Origin: Eledone cirrhosa
Lineage: Eukaryota
Direction of reading: 5' to 3'
Assembly (NCBI GenBank): GCA_964016885.1
Contig: OZ024742.1
Location: 102,362,001-102,426,000 of the forward strand
Length of the DNA stretch: 64,000 nucleotides
Of this stretch, positions 14,051 through 28,893 are shown in pieces. Numbering within the stretch: position 1 is the first letter of the stretch; the number at the start of each line of letters is the position of its first letter. The position numbers were made by a program, and so were the translations under genes. The notes below the pieces were generated by a model. The model searched no databases. It saw nothing but the letters and a program-made list of their open reading frames with translations, and had not been told where the DNA came from.

Positions 14051-16692
14051 GTTAACTGTTCACCACACAGTTCCTTTCCACCCCCTGTTCCAACTATGTT
14101 AACTGTTCACCACACAGTTCCTTTCCACCCCCTATTCCAACTATGTTAACTGTTCACCACACAGTTCCTTTCCACCCCCTGTTCCAACTATGTTAACTGT
14201 TTACCACACAGTTCCTTTCCACCCCCTGTTCCAACTATGTTAACTGTTCACCACACAGTTCCTTTCCACCCCCTGTTCCAACTATGTTAACTGTTCACCA
14301 CACAGTTCCTTTCCACCCCCTGTTCCAACTATGTTAACTGTTCACCACACAGTTCCTTTCCACCCCCTGTTCCAACTACGTTAACTGTTCACCACACAGT
14401 TCCTTTCCACCCCCTGTTCCAACTACGTTAACTGTTCACCACACAGTTCCTTTCCACCCCCTGTTCCAACTATGTTAACTGTTCACCACACAGTTCCTTT
14501 CCACCCCCTGTTCCAACTATGTTAACTGTTCACCACACAGTTCCTTTCCACCCCCTGTTCCAACTATGTTAACTGTTTACCACACAGTTCCTTTCCACCC
14601 CCTGTTCCAACTATGTTAACTGTTTACCACACAGTTCCTTTCCACCCCCTGTTCCAACTATGTTAACTGTTTACCACACAGTTCCTTTCCACCCCCTGTT
14701 CCAACTATGTTAACTGTTCACCACACAGTTCCTTTCCACCCCCTGTTCCAACTATGTTAACTGTTCACCACACAGTTCCTTTCCACCCCCTGTTCCAACT
14801 ATGTTAACTGTTCACCACACAGTTCCTTTCCACCCCCTGTTCCAACTATGTTAACTGTTTACCACACAGTTCCTTTCCACCCCCTGTTCCAACTATGTTA
14901 ACTGTTCACCACACAGTTCCTTTCCACCCCCTGTTCCAACTATGTTAACTGTTCACCACACAGTTCCTTTCCACCCCCTGTTCCAACTATGTTAACTGTT
15001 CACCACACAGTTCCTTTCCACCCCCTGTTCCAACTATGTTAACTGTTTACCACACAGTTCCTTTCCACCCCCTGTTCCAACTATGTTAACTGTTCACCAC
15101 ACAGTTCCTTTCCACCCCCTGTTCCAACTATGTTAACTGTTCACCACACAGTTCCTTTCCACCCCCTGTTCCAACTATGTTAACTGTTCACCACACAGTT
15201 CCTTTCCACCCCCTGTTCCAACTACGTTAACTGTTCACCACACAGTTCCTTTCCACCCACTGTTCCAACTACGTTAACTGTTCACCACACAGTTCCTTTC
15301 CACCCCCTGTTCCAACTACGTTAACTGTTCACCACACACTTCCTTTCCACCCCCTGTTCCAACTATGTTAACTGTTCACCACACAGTTCCTTTCCACCCC
15401 CTGTTCCAACTATGTTAACTGTTCACCACACAGTTCCTTTCCACCCCCTGTTCCAACTATGTTAACTGTTCACCACACAGTTCCTTTCCACCCCCTGTTC
15501 CAACTATGTTAACTGTTCACCACACAGTTCCTTTCCACCCCCTGTTCCAACTACGTTAACTGTTCACCACACAGTTCCTTTCCACCCACTGTTCCAACTA
15601 CGTTAACTGTTCACCACACAGTTCCTTTCCACCCCCTGTTCCAACTACGTTAACTGTTCACCACACAGTTCCTTTCCACCCCCTGTTCCAACTATGTTAA
15701 CTGTTCACCACACAGTTCCTTTCCACCCCCTGTTCCAACTATGTTAACTGTTCACCACACAGTTCCTTTCCACCCCCTGTTCCAACTATGTTAACTGTTC
15801 ACCACACAGTTCCTTTCCACCCCCTGTTCCAACTACGTTAACTGTTCACCACACACTTCCTTTCCACCCCCTGTTCCAACTATGTTAACTGTTCACCACA
15901 CAGTTCCTTTCCACCCCCTGTTCCAACTATGTTAACTGTTCACCACACAGTTCCTTTCCACCCCCTGTTCCAACTATGTTAACTGTTCACCACACAGTTC
16001 CTTTCCACCCCCTGTTCCAACTACGTTAACTGTTCACCACACAGTTCCTTTCCACCCACTGTTCCAACTACGTTAACTGTTCACCACACAGTTCCTTTCC
16101 ACCCCCTGTTCCAACTACGTTAACTGTTCACCACACAGTTCCTTTCCACCCCCTGTTCCAACTATGTTAACTGTTCACCACACAGTTCCTTTCCACCCCC
16201 TGTTCCAACTATGTTAACTGTTCACCACACAGTTCCTTTCCACCCCCTGTTCCAACTATGTTAACTGTTCACCACACAGTTCCTTTCCACCCCCTGTTCC
16301 AACTACGTTAACTGTTCACCACACAGTTCCTTTCCACCCACTGTTCCAACTACGTTAACTGTTCACCACACAGTTCCTTTCCACCCCCTGTTCCAACTAC
16401 GTTAACTGTTCACCACACACTTCCTTTCCACCCCCTGTTCCAACTATGTTAACTGTTCACCACACAGTTCCTTTCCACCCCCTGTTCCAACTATGTTAAC
16501 TGTTCACCACACAGTTCCTTTCCACCCCCTGTTCCAACTATGTTAACTGTTCACCACACAGTTCCTTTCCACCCCCTGTTCCAACTATGTTAACTGTTCA
16601 CCACACAGTTCCTTTCCACCCCCTGTTCCAACTACGTTAACTGTTCACCACACAGTTCCTTTCCACCCCCTGTTCCAACTATGTTAACTGTT
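14051..16692. repeat. 47-bp minisatellite, ~56 copies
   Basis: Unit gttaactgttcaccacacagttcctttccaccccctgttccaactat; gttaac at 14051 and 14098; no unique spacers. Confidence 0.97.
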
Positions 16693-17336
16693 CTGCGCAG
16701 TTGTTCCCTCTAATTACTGATCCCCATGTGTTAACTGTTCACCACAGTTGTTCCTTCCTAACCACAGTCATTGATCATCAAACAGTTATTCTCCATCTAT
16801 GTTAATGGATCATCTCAGCCTTTTGTGTCAAATCTTCATCTCTCGTCTAGTGTTCCAAATGTGACAATCCCATCTTATTTCCCGATATATAATAGTTTCT
16901 ACTTTAGGCACAAGGCCAGCAGTTTGAAGGTGAGGGGAAAGTCGATTAAATCGATCCCCAGTAGCTTACTGGTGCTTTGTTTTATCGACCCCGTAATCAG
17001 AAATGAGAACGTAAAGAACTGCTTATTGTCTGCCGCTCTGCCGATTCTACCAATCCACCGCCTTATTTCCCCATATATAATAACCAGCATTGCATTACGC
17101 ACTTCAAAAAGAAAAACATCTAAGGCGACGTTTGAGAGTAATTTGGTAGCTATTTCTAGCAGGTCGAGCCATTCAAGCGAGGCAGTTGTTGTATAGCCAC
17201 AGGTCAGACCTGACTAACCATATTCATCTCATCTTTTTAATATAGTTGTGTGTGATTTTAGGAGGATATAGCTGTTGTTTCTGACTGGTTGAACAACCAT
17301 GTAGTGGCTTTTCATCTGGTGGAGTATGTTGTTATA

Positions 17337-17534
17337 CGGGGATCGGCTGAAAAGTTCATAGACTGACCAAGATACTCTCATGGAATGACCAAATAAGGTT
17401 TATTTTTCAACATAGTCCATGGAAAGAAACAATGCAGTTATTAATAAGAATAGTTAAAATTAATGCATGCGAGATTTCACAGCTCTAGCATCAACCCGTC
17501 ATAGCCAGTCTATGAACGTTTCTGTCGACCCTCG
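17337..17534. mobile_element. Mariner-derived MITE (~198 bp, TA target duplication)
   Basis: TIR-like ends cg.gg.tcggctgaaaagttcatag / ctatgaac.ttt..g.cgaccctcg between TA; copies at 39651-39848 and 47297-47491. Confidence 0.8.
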
Positions 17535-17709
17535 TACAGTATTGTAAACATTCAATAACCTAAAATTCAATAACCAAAAATTTCAGTTGAATTATATAAT
17601 CTTTGTATATAAAGAAAAAACGAAAAGGAAAGAGACGAAATAGAATAGCAAAAAGGAATAGCGAAAAGTGGTAAAGAGAGCGACAGACTCTAAGAGGTAT
17701 AACTCAACT

Positions 17710-17990
17710 GCTCCTCATGGACAACACGGCCTAGGCATTGCCCTGGAGAACAGTTAACGACACCCGCTACATCAGCCACTCCACCTCACGGGGTTACTTC
17801 CTCAAACGGGATGCACTTTATTAAATTTGACGATGGAAAATTGTAGTTCGGGGACTGAAGACACCAGAGGCCTCGACGACGACCGACACGAACAGAAAGC
17901 AGTCAATCAAGTCCCAGTATTTAGCTAACCTCCTCCTCTTCGTGTTACGGTCCACAGTGCCTGGGTTTTGTGGGCGAAACAAAGTTGGAG
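17710..17990 (-). pseudogene. CRE-like RLE C-terminal fragment
   Basis: Reverse frame reads RVSLTVLQGNA, similar to FQRISLAI..GNA at ~7870. Confidence 0.45.
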
Positions 17991-18479
17991 GCGGAAACGT
18001 ATTAGCTATCTTCTTATCTTCTTTTTTTGTTTTGTTTACAATTATTGTATAATTAAAAGTTTATTTATTCCACTTTGTACATATAAACTGAATTTATGTA
18101 AAATATATAATTGTTTCTACTTTTGGCACAAGGCCAACAATAACCAAGTACATTACTGGTACTTTATTTTATCGACCCCGTAAGGATGAAAGGCAAAGTG
18201 AACCTCGGCAGGATTTGAACTCAGAACGTAAAGCGACGTAACTATGCTGGAAAGCATGTCCGACCCTCTACCAATTCACCGCCCTGTGTAATATATATAA
18301 TGAATATGAAATGTTTAAAAAACAAACAAATCAAGAGAAATCAAAGAAAAAGAAAGTAGCATTGCAAAAGACTATAAATGAGAGGAAAAGGAGTGAAAGA
18401 GCAAGGATTATTAAGGAATGAAAGAAAGAGGGAAGAGGAGAGAGGGTGACAGACTATACACCTAAATCAGAGTGGTGTT

Positions 18480-18780
18480 TCAGCTGTGCCTCGTAGACAA
18501 GATGGCAAAGGCATTGCCGCGGACAATAACCAGAGACACCCGTTGCATGCAACAGTCACACCACATCGCGTAGCTCCTTCCTCAGACCAGCTGCTGTTAT
18601 TCCGATTTTACAGAGCTGTACGGGATCCGAGGACGCTTCAGGTCTGACGGCAACCGGTGCAAAGAGGAAGTGGCCGGACAAGCCCCGGTATTCGCCTGTC
18701 TCCCTGTCCTCTGCATTGAGGGAAGTGGAGCACAAGTTTGTGGCCGAAGTGACAAGGCTAGAGGCGGAGAGGCGCTGCAA
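18480..18780 (-). pseudogene. CRE-like RLE C-terminal fragment
   Basis: YRGLSGHFLFAPVAV and QRVSLVIVRGNAFAILS. Confidence 0.55.
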
Positions 18781-19099
18781 ATGAGATGGTTTCAATGTCA
18801 AACTATAAACCAGCATTTCATATTTTATTGTTTTATTTGCTACAACACCAGGTGACACGATGTGTCCTTGAGCAAGGCACTCTATTTCATATTGCCCCAG
18901 TCTTCTTTCCCTTTTCTCCTTTTCATCTTTTTTCTAATTTGAATAATTATTTTTTATATTTCATTGTCTGTCTATATGACTGTTAATCCCAGTCTGTCTG
19001 TCTGTTTGTCCATGCGTCTGTCTGCCTGTCTGTCTTTCAGTCTGAAATGTCTGCTTGTCTGACTAACTGTCTTTCTGTCTGAACTATCTGTCAGTTTAT

Positions 19100-19175
<76 letters not shown>

Positions 19176-19633
19176 TTGTTTGCCTATCTGTGTCTTCCTC
19201 TGTCTGTCTGCAGAGTTTATCTGTCTTATAGTTAGTCAGACATACATACATACAGACTTACTGTAATGGCTTTCCCTTCTCAAGGGTGTCTTGGCTCTAT
19301 CCCAACTCTATCTTCCCCGATAGACTGTACTGATCAATAGATAAAATGAAATGAAGTGTACAATATATAGTGATGCTATATATTGGTATAGTAACAAACC
19401 TACTTAGTATCTAATATGTTGTGGTGTCGTTTCTGAACTATGAGCTATAGTGACACTAGAGATTTTATTCAGTCGTTAGACCTCGGCCATTCTGTGGTAC
19501 CGCTTTGATTTAGACTATCATATGAACCCAAGTACTTATTTTTCAAGTTTGGTACAAAGTTACACAATAGAAACACAGGCATAAACGTCAACACAGACAC
19601 GGACGGACACACACACGCACGCACGCACGCACG

Positions 19634-20280
19634 CGAGATGCGTTCAAAAAGTATCTGACTTTATTTGATTCTGCCAAAACTTATGCTGCATGGGCAAAAT
19701 CCTGTAAGGTGGGAGGTGACGCCACCCTTACTACGCATGCGTAGTAAGGTGGGAGGTGACGCCACCCTTACTACGCATGCGTGAAAATCCGGGAGGCCGC
19801 GGATTTTCATTTTGACGGGTCGTAACCATTAAGCCATGTCTCATCACCAGTGATGATGGACTTCATGAAGTCTGAGTCGTGGTTTGCACAGTCCAGCATG
19901 TACTGAGTGATTTCCATGCTTCTGCTGCTCCGCCAACACCTTGGTGATGAATTTCGTCGACATTCTCTGCATGCATAATTCCTCCATTAAAATGGAATAC
20001 ACTGATCTTGTTCTTTTCCCACTGCATGAGCAATTTCCTGGATTGTTGCATGACGGTCTTCCATGACTATTTGCCGGCTTGTTGATGGCGTGCCTCACTC
20101 TCCACTGAGGTGTAGCCATGTTTGAAACGCTTATACTACTCCTTGGTCGGTGTTTTGCTCATGGCATCATCGCCGAAGGCCTGCTGAATACTCTGGATAA
20201 TTTGAGCATGAGTATCACCAAACGTTTGGCAAAACTTGATGCAATATCTCTGCTCGATGCGTTTGGTATCTTGCGTGAAA
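19634..20280 (-). mobile_element. Internally deleted mariner transposon remnant
   Basis: Reverse frames EELCMQRMSTKFITKVL and DFMKSIITGDETWL (first D of the DD34D triad); TIR-like cgagatgcgttcaaaaagtatc. Confidence 0.8.
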
Positions 20281-21187
20281 ACTAATTTTTTTATCAGCTT
20301 CTTTGGTTAACTTTATGTTTGTTTTTATTATTGTTTAATTTTTATTCTTTGTTCTCGTTTTAAGAAGAAAAGTTAGTGAAGTTAAGACTACATTTAACAT
20401 ATTTTTGGGAGCTGCTTTTTAAAATAAATTCTATTTTTTTTTAAATCTGAGGGTCCACTATTGAAAAGTAGGGATGGGGTAGTGTCACCTATTGGTCCCC
20501 CTCCCTTGATGTTGGGTCTGTCTTTGGGACTGAGTGACTACTTGTACCTGGGGTTCTGTACACTCGACAGCGTTCTCACACATTGTCCAAGCAAATATGA
20601 TTGGGGTAGCGATTATATAGATTGCTGATATTTATGCTGGTTCACGTGTTTACCTACATATAGATGTCTATGCACTGTAAGCCTACATGTCATGATTATT
20701 GATTCTGAAAGTAGTTACACCCTTAAACAAAAAGAAAACACTAAAAAAAAAAAACATACAAAAAACAACAAAAAACAAAAAAAACATTGTTCTGCACTCA
20801 GTGACATATTGGAAGGCAGGTGCCAGCTTCACACACCTTATGCTTGAATGGCTTACAATATAAGAAAAGGCAGAAAGAGGCAGAAACAATTGTTTCCACA
20901 TTACTATGTAAATATCGGAAATTTGAGGAGAGAAGGAGGGAAAGCTGCATTGGTGAGGGACATGTGTTTTATGAATGGACAAACAATATCTGCTGGGTGA
21001 GAGATGTTGTGTGTTGGTAAAGGTGAAGGTACCCGTAGAGGAGGAGGAGGAGGAAGAAGAAGAAGAAATTATGAGTTCTAATCTTAGCATGTCAACCTTG
21101 GTAGATTCAGTTACGCAGAATTAAAAACAATGACGATTTGATCTTCTGCAAACTTAACCAGCCCCAGTCACCATGTCAAATATTTGC

Positions 21188-21570
<383 letters not shown>

Positions 21571-22242
21571 TTCTTTGTTTTTTGTGCCTCTCCTTTGTTC
21601 TGTCCTACGCCATCTTGTTTTTCAAAATATTTTAGCATGGCAATTTATATTTAGCATGACAATTTATATTTAGCATGGCAATTGCCATGCTAAATATTAT
21701 AATGGATGTCAACACACTGTGCATCGATACATATGTTTCTGTATGTCTCTTGTGTTGGAAAAGAGGTCATGTATGTAAACAATCATTGAAAAATTGCTCC
21801 GAAGATTTCAAACCTCGGTTTGGAAGAAACAATTGTAAGCGAATAAATGGTTTGAACAGAACTTTGGTTCATGTAATTTCTATATAACTGCTCTGTAGAA
21901 CAACTGATGTTATTACATTGAGCTATGGATTGTCAGTATCGGTAGAGGGTCGGACGCCATGCTTTCCAGCATAGTTACGTCCCTTTACGATCTGAGTTCA
22001 AATCCCGCCGAGGTTGACTTTGCCTTTCATCCTTACGGGGTCGATAAAATAAAGTACCAGTAATGTACTGGATAATTGCTGGCCTTGTGCCTAAAGTAGA
22101 AACAGTTATTACATTGAGCTATTTATCTTAGTGGTAATAAGGTAGTAATAAATTAATGTCTTTCACTGTTTAGGGTTTAAAATATATATAACTATAACAG
22201 GTTTTAGTATATACATAACCATAAATAGTATCCTTAATACTG

Positions 22243-22290
<48 letters not shown>

Positions 22291-22375
22291 AAGCTCGGAA
22301 TCAAAGTATTCCGCAGTTCACAGTAATATTAAAACTAGCTCGAAGAAGAACAGATAATTTTCATCTGAGTTCAAA

Positions 22376-22609
22376 TACAAATATATTACACAGAGAGAAG
22401 TGTGTTACACAGTGAGATGAGTGTAAAAAATTATTACATGTGAGTTTAATTTAAAACTCTACTTCAGAGATTTGATTCTGACTTAATTTTTTTCTATCTA
22501 ATTGCTAACCTGTAGGTATTGTTCTCCATACAGTAACGGTTACACTCACATGTAATAATGTTTTACACACATCTCACTGTGTAACACACTTCTCTCTGTG
22601 TAATATATT

Positions 22610-22615
<6 letters not shown>
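22376..22615. repeat. ~70-bp inverted repeat between (TA)n tracts
   Basis: tacaaatatattacacagagagaagtgtgttacacagtgagatg.. is mirrored at 22545-22615. Confidence 0.8.
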
Positions 22616-22670
<55 letters not shown>

Positions 22671-22898
22671 GTGTGTGTGTGTGTGTGTGTGTACGTGTGT
22701 TGAACAATGAAAACAAAAGGCTAAGATTAGTGGTTAATCAGATCATATAGGAATCCGATATGATGAAAGCCTACTACAAAAAAGAGGAACTCTCATCACC
22801 TGATCTCGTTGGAATTATTGCTCCCGGACTACATAGAGGTCTAACAACTTTATTGGCCCTACGATAGACAGGTAGATACCAGTGTGTATATATATATA

Positions 22899-23004
<106 letters not shown>

Positions 23005-23399
23005 CTAGCAGATGTACCCGGCGTTGCTCAGGAAATGAATGACAGCCTGAATCGTTCAAGGTCGTTTATGGTTTAGCTAGCAATTTCTGAGTGCATGTCA
23101 GCTTATGTCAGCTAATTGGCTAGCCAATGAGAGGTCGCCTCAATAACACGTGCCAAATCGGCCTAGTACTTCAAAAGTTAAAAGGAGCCTAGTATTTGTA
23201 CAAAAAATTGTTTTTTTCGGCCCCAATATCGAGTTTTTTCCAAATTTTTTTTTGTGCAAAACCTGCTCTGGCATATAAGCAAAATGTGTGCCAAATTTGG
23301 TTGAAATCGGCCTAGTACTTCAAAAGGTAAAAGGAGCCTAGTATTTGTACACAGGCACACACACACACACACAGACCGACTTGCTTTTATATATATAGA
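23005..23399 (-). mobile_element. Non-autonomous Helitron
   Basis: Minus strand begins TC(tatatatataaaagc) and ends with a GC-rich subterminal motif then CTAG; inserted in TA context. Confidence 0.75.
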
Positions 23400-23400
23400 T

Positions 23401-23474
23401 ATGAAAAGATTCAGGACCCCGACGGCTGAGCTCCGGCCGTTTCGACAGCTAGATCCGATCGGATCTAGCTGTTA
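23401..23474 (-). ncRNA. 3' half of a hammerhead (family E), truncated by a fold-back
   Basis: gtc-GAAA-cggc cggagctca gccg-TC-ggggtc; perfect 28-nt palindrome at 23445-23472. Confidence 0.5.
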
Positions 23475-23480
23475 TATATG

Positions 23481-23529
<49 letters not shown>

Positions 23530-23530
<1 letters not shown>

Positions 23531-26500
23531 TAGCAGTTTAGCCCGGCGTTACTCGGGTTTATTCATTTGCTATGAAAAGTTACATACAGGTAAACGTGGA
23601 TTGAAAGCGAATAAGCTTATCAATTAAGTGCATAAAACAGTTGAACCGGTTATTAAAAGTTACGAACCAATTACCATTTTGGACAATCAATGATGGGTTA
23701 ATAATCTTCCAATAGCGAATTTAGCAGACCAAAGTTGCCAGATGGTGGCCCTGATGCCGCTGGGTGTCACATCTGTCCGCCATGGGTGACCCTACCAGGA
23801 AATAGTTTTCCAGACGGCATAGCTCCAACACCTCCAACACCTGCACCAACATCTATAGCACCTCTTTGTAGACGATATTGCGTGTCATCCCTTGAGGAGT
23901 GTAAGCAAAAAGTGCATTCTTGCTCCCTACGCGGGAACAGGCAACATAAAGTAGGCCATGAGAGAAGCATGGCTCCCCCAAATGGATGCCCGCCACCGAC
24001 AATGTTTGCCCCTGTGACTTGTTAATGGACATGGCAAAACATGGTCTCACCGGAAATTGGGATCGCCGGAAATCGAACGGGATATCTGACGCCGAGGGGA
24101 AAAGGTTCATCCTTGGAATGAAAACATTCTCCCCTCTCCCGCACCCCGTTTCAATGGTGGTCTCAATCAAGTGGGGCGTCATTGACTTGACGACCATGCG
24201 AGTACCGTTGCACTGCTTTGGTGGGCACAAGTTCCTTATTAGCATAATGAGACAGCCAACCCTAAGCTTAAGAATGTAAGGTGGAAGCCCTGGAGGTTCA
24301 AGGGAATTTAATAACTCAACCGTATAATTAACGATATTTCTCAATCAGCTGTTCTTTAATAAAATTAACCATGGCATTTCTCGGAGCAAGGATGGCTCTT
24401 TCGCTGAGCCAATCGAAGTTTTTAAAGTTAGATGAGACATTAGGAAAAACTGCCTCCCAAAGGTCAGAAGGGCTGCTTACAATGTTGCACAGGGAGTCGA
24501 TTGCTATGCCGCCCTTGTCATCCGCAGGGACCTTGCCCTCACCAAGTGCTAAAATGTTCTGTGCAAATGCTGCAGACATGTCACCATGCAAATGAGCACG
24601 CATATTTGTGCTCAGGTACAAAGTCTTCACCTGGGGCCACAACGTGAACGACTTAAGGCAGGCACACACTTCATCAGCTCTTGTCCCTTTGGGCATGACA
24701 GGCAGCGTTTGCCGAAAATCCCCTGATAGCAGAAGGGTTACTCCACCCATAGGAGCCGTAGAATCCCTAATGTCTTTCAGGGTCCTGTCCAATGCCTCAA
24801 GGGCACCCTTGTGTGCCATTGTGCACTAATCCCAAACAATGAGGCAACATTTTTTGAGAACCAGAGTTTCGTGTGAGCTCTTGCTGATATTGCATGTTGG
24901 TGTCTCAGTTTTTACTAAATCCAAGGGGAGTTTAAAGGTTGAATGTGCTGTCCTGCCTCTCGGCAGCAAAGTAGCAACGATCCTGGACGATGCAACGACC
25001 AACGCAATTTTTTTCTCCTGACGAATCTTAGCGGGAATCAATTTTGTTACAAAAGTTTTTCCGGTACCCCCAGGAGCATCGAGAAAGTAAATACCCCCAG
25101 TCTGATTTTGAACGCGTCAATGATAGTTAAATAAGCCAACCTTTGGTCCGACAGAAGTTTAGGCTCATTTTCCTCTAAGTATTGGGAATGAGAATCGATG
25201 TCATATGCTGTTTCTCGCAACAAATCCGGGGCCAACGTGTTAGCTTCCTCTCTGACGGTTGACGGCAAGCCATACGTCGCCAACTCACTCCCACCCATGT
25301 CGAGGGGCGCGTCCTAGATATCAATGAGTGCCCTGTTGTAGATAATGCCGCTGTAAGCAACTTCCACTGAAGGATACTGCAGATGAGCCAGGCGCAGGAA
25401 ATCCTCAGACATGAAGTCTCTGTACTTGACCCATAAAGATTTGGGATCACCCAATTCACACTTTTGAAGCAAAATGGCAAAGAGTTCCCGTAGACCTTTA
25501 GGTGATTTCAACAAAGCACCCTCTGCTAAAGTGAAATCCCATTGCGAATCATCTTCCAAAAGACCACGCTTAAAGCAGGCTTCCCGGTACGTATCACATA
25601 TTTCTCCATCAACAGTTTTGAGGTCCTGAAAACTTTGTGGGCCTACAACTTCATGCAGAAGAAGGCGGAGATGAAAGCATTCATGCTGACTTGGGGGCAC
25701 AGTGTAAACCCTTTCAAGACAGCTGTCAAATTTTACACCAGGATGTCTTTCAACAGACTGATCTGACTTTCTTCGCACCCAACTGTTTTTCGACCATATA
25801 AAGTCGGATGGAACCTGGGGGTGCACAATTGTTTGCGCAAATGTATCGAACTGGCAAAGTTTGAAGAAACCTGTCAGAGTGGTCTCTTTCGGATCGGCGG
25901 CCAGCTTGGCGGCGGTTTGGTCCGTAAAGTAAACCCTTTGCCCATTTTCCAATGTACCGCAAGCTGTACGATGGCGGGGTGCCGTTGGTGTAGGGGGAAA
26001 CCAAATAGGCGCCAAAAAGCTTCATTGCTACTGATGTACCGCCCCGCCAGGTATTCTGTGACCTCATCAGAGCCCTTATTTACATATTTGCATATGTATT
26101 TTATAGACTTGACGGAGTTGCAAAACTCAACGTTGATGTGGGCGTTGAACATCTTCAAGAGAAGCGGGCAGTAAGGGACCACCCATCTATTGTCGACTTG
26201 ACCTCCCTTTACTGTTGTGGTGAAGCCACCGTTCTCGGGCCGTCTCCGCTGTACAGGGGGTACCCATCACCACCAGTCTGAGTCTCGCCAACAAATTTTT
26301 GGGGGTATCCCTTACTGCACGACCCCCCTTTCAGACACGTGTGATGCTCATTAGGACCTGACGCACACGGACCATGTTAACTTTGACGATGTCATGTAAT
26401 TCCTGGTCAGTTGCTGAATAGGGATTTCAGCCGAAATGAATTGATTTTATCAGCTAACCAAATCAAAATGTGAGCATGTGGCAGCCCTCGTTTTTGCCAT

Positions 26501-27740
26501 TCGACGGGGTGAACATGTCACATTTTACAGCCCCAAATACCTGACCTTTTTTATTAAAGCCATGAGTTTAACCAGTTTCAGTCTGAACACTCTGACAATG
26601 AGGTCATGTCTGTTCGAATAATTTTGCCCAGGAAAAAGTTCACGGGTTACATTCCGATTCATATGTCTATAGCATTAATCTGTTATATGAAGTGTTATTT
26701 TGCGGGTTGTTATTTGCAATAAGCCGATTGAAAATGCCCCAGATAAGCCGTATGCCAATACGGAACGCTCCACTGCAGTGTTGTCATATAGGGAGTGAAG
26801 AGCGACAGAGAGAGTAAAGCAGTTAAATTATAGAGAGGGGGGATATACGGAACGCTCCATTTGATCATATACATTGTTTCTCTCTCTGCAGTGTTGTCAT
26901 ATAGGGAGTGAAGAGCGACGGGGAGAGTAAAGCAGTTAAATTATAGAGAGGTCGTTATTGTTACGTTTGTTGTTTTATAAATTCATCTGTTGCTTTTGAA
27001 TATTTGTTATTTGATGTAAAATGTAAGTGTGCAAAATGTAACGTTGAGAGAGCAGTATGTATTTAGTGTATCGGCTTTTTAAATTTTGATATTTGATGTA
27101 TGCGTGTCGTTATGACTGTAGAGAGGGGGAATAATCTATCGTAGAGAGAGGGAAGCGACGGAGAGAGTGAAGCATGAAGAGAGTAAAACAGTTAAATTAT
27201 AGAGGGGGAATAATCTATTGTAGAGAGAGAGAAGATCGACGGAGAGAGTAAAGCTATGGTTGTTGTGTTGCTTAGGTTTCAAAGTTTGTGTCGCGTTCCT
27301 TCAAAAGAAGTTTTGTCGTTGTTCTAAATTGTAATGTTGTTAGGGTAGTAGACGGGGGCAGTACCCTTTTAAAGAGAGTTGCAGAGGAGATTGAGGGGGG
27401 AGTAGAGAGAGTGATGAACCTTTTAAAGAGAGTTGCAGAGGAGATTGAGAGTGGAGTAGAGGAAAATATGAACCTTTTAAAGAGAGTTGCAACATGTATG
27501 TAGTTTCATATATTTTTTATGGTAGTAGTGAGAGGAATGAAGCGTGTAAGAGAGAGGGTTACAGCATGTATTTAGTTTTATCGATTTTTTTTCATAGAAG
27601 CAGGACATTTTTGGCAAAAATAATTACGTGTTGACCTGCCCTGGTAAATTTGGAACACATTGGAAAAAAATTCATCAAAATCGGTAGAGAAATGTGGAAA
27701 TGCATAAAAATCATACACACACACAGACAGACATCTACCG

Positions 27741-27750
<10 letters not shown>
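23530..27750 (-). mobile_element. Decayed Helitron with Rep/PIF1-helicase remnants
   Basis: 3' CTAG with hairpin cccggcgttactcggg; typical 5' atatataacggtagatgtctgtctgtgtg. Confidence 0.88.
23853..26650 (-). pseudogene. Helitron RepHel pseudogene (many frameshifts and stops)
   Basis: HUH motif VEWQKRGLPHAHIL (~26465-26505), HINVEFCNSVKSIKYICKYVNKG, GRTAHSTFKLP, GDFRQTLP, FAMSINKSQGQTL, LYVACSRV. Confidence 0.93.
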
Positions 27751-27822
<72 letters not shown>

Positions 27823-27823
27823 C

Positions 27824-27855
<32 letters not shown>

Positions 27856-27970
27856 AGTTGACAGCTAAGGGAAAAGAGCACTTTTTACCGAAGTAGAGGT
27901 TTAAATATTAATTTATTAAGGCTATGTAGGGAGTTTTGTTATTCCTGGAGTTTCGCCTGTTCCCCCCTCT

Positions 27971-28098
<128 letters not shown>

Positions 28099-28140
28099 AC
28101 AGAGAGAGAGATATACATATGTGTGTGTATGTTTCTGTCA

Positions 28141-28310
28141 GTGTTTATGTTCCCGTAACCTAGCGGTTCGACAAAAAAGAGATCATACAAATACGTACCA
28201 GACTTGAAAAAACAAACAAACAAAACAACAAATACTGGAGTTGATATGATCGACTAGATAAATGTGGTGCCCCAGCATGGCCACAATCAACTAATTGACA
28301 GAAGTAAATA
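28141..28310 (+). mobile_element. SINE 3' fragment with LINE-like tail
   Basis: ggtgccccagcatggcc at ~28266 is identical to the LINE 3'UTR at 3646-3662. Confidence 0.65.
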
Positions 28311-28893
28311 AATAATATGATAATGATAATGAAATATATGACTCAGGTAAGACACGAACCATCGAAAAACATTTAATAAATTAGTAATGAATTTAAAATA
28401 TGAGCGAAATAAATGGATATAAACATTAATGACTTTTACTATAGGCACAAGTCAGCAACTAAAACATTCCAGTTCATTACTGGTACTTTATTTTATCGAC
28501 CCCGTAAGGATGAAAGTCAAAGCTAACCTCGGCGGGATTTGAATTCAGAACGTAAAGGAACATAACTCTATGCCGCAAAGTATAGTGTCGGATGCTCTAC
28601 GATACTTCCAATCTGCTGAAATAATAATGATTTCTACTATAGGCATAAGGCCAGCAATTTTGGGGGGAGTGGGGGAAAGTCGATTAAATCGACTCCAGTG
28701 TATTACTGGTGTTTTATTTTATCGACCCTGTAAGGATGAAAGGCAAAGCTAACCTCGACGGGATTTGAACTCAAAACGTAAATGGCCACAACTCGATGCT
28801 GCAAGGCATAGTGTCCGACGCTCTACCGATACTGCCTATCCACTGAAATAATAGTAAGTACAAATAATAAAAATTAAGAATGATTCACTGGTA

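Noticed and set aside
14051-16692. CRISPR-like regular array
   Set aside because: Units are contiguous with no unique spacers, there are no cas genes, and the context is eukaryotic
19704-19782. 39-bp tandem duplication containing a hairpin
   Set aside because: Local duplication inside a mariner remnant; no evidence of separate function
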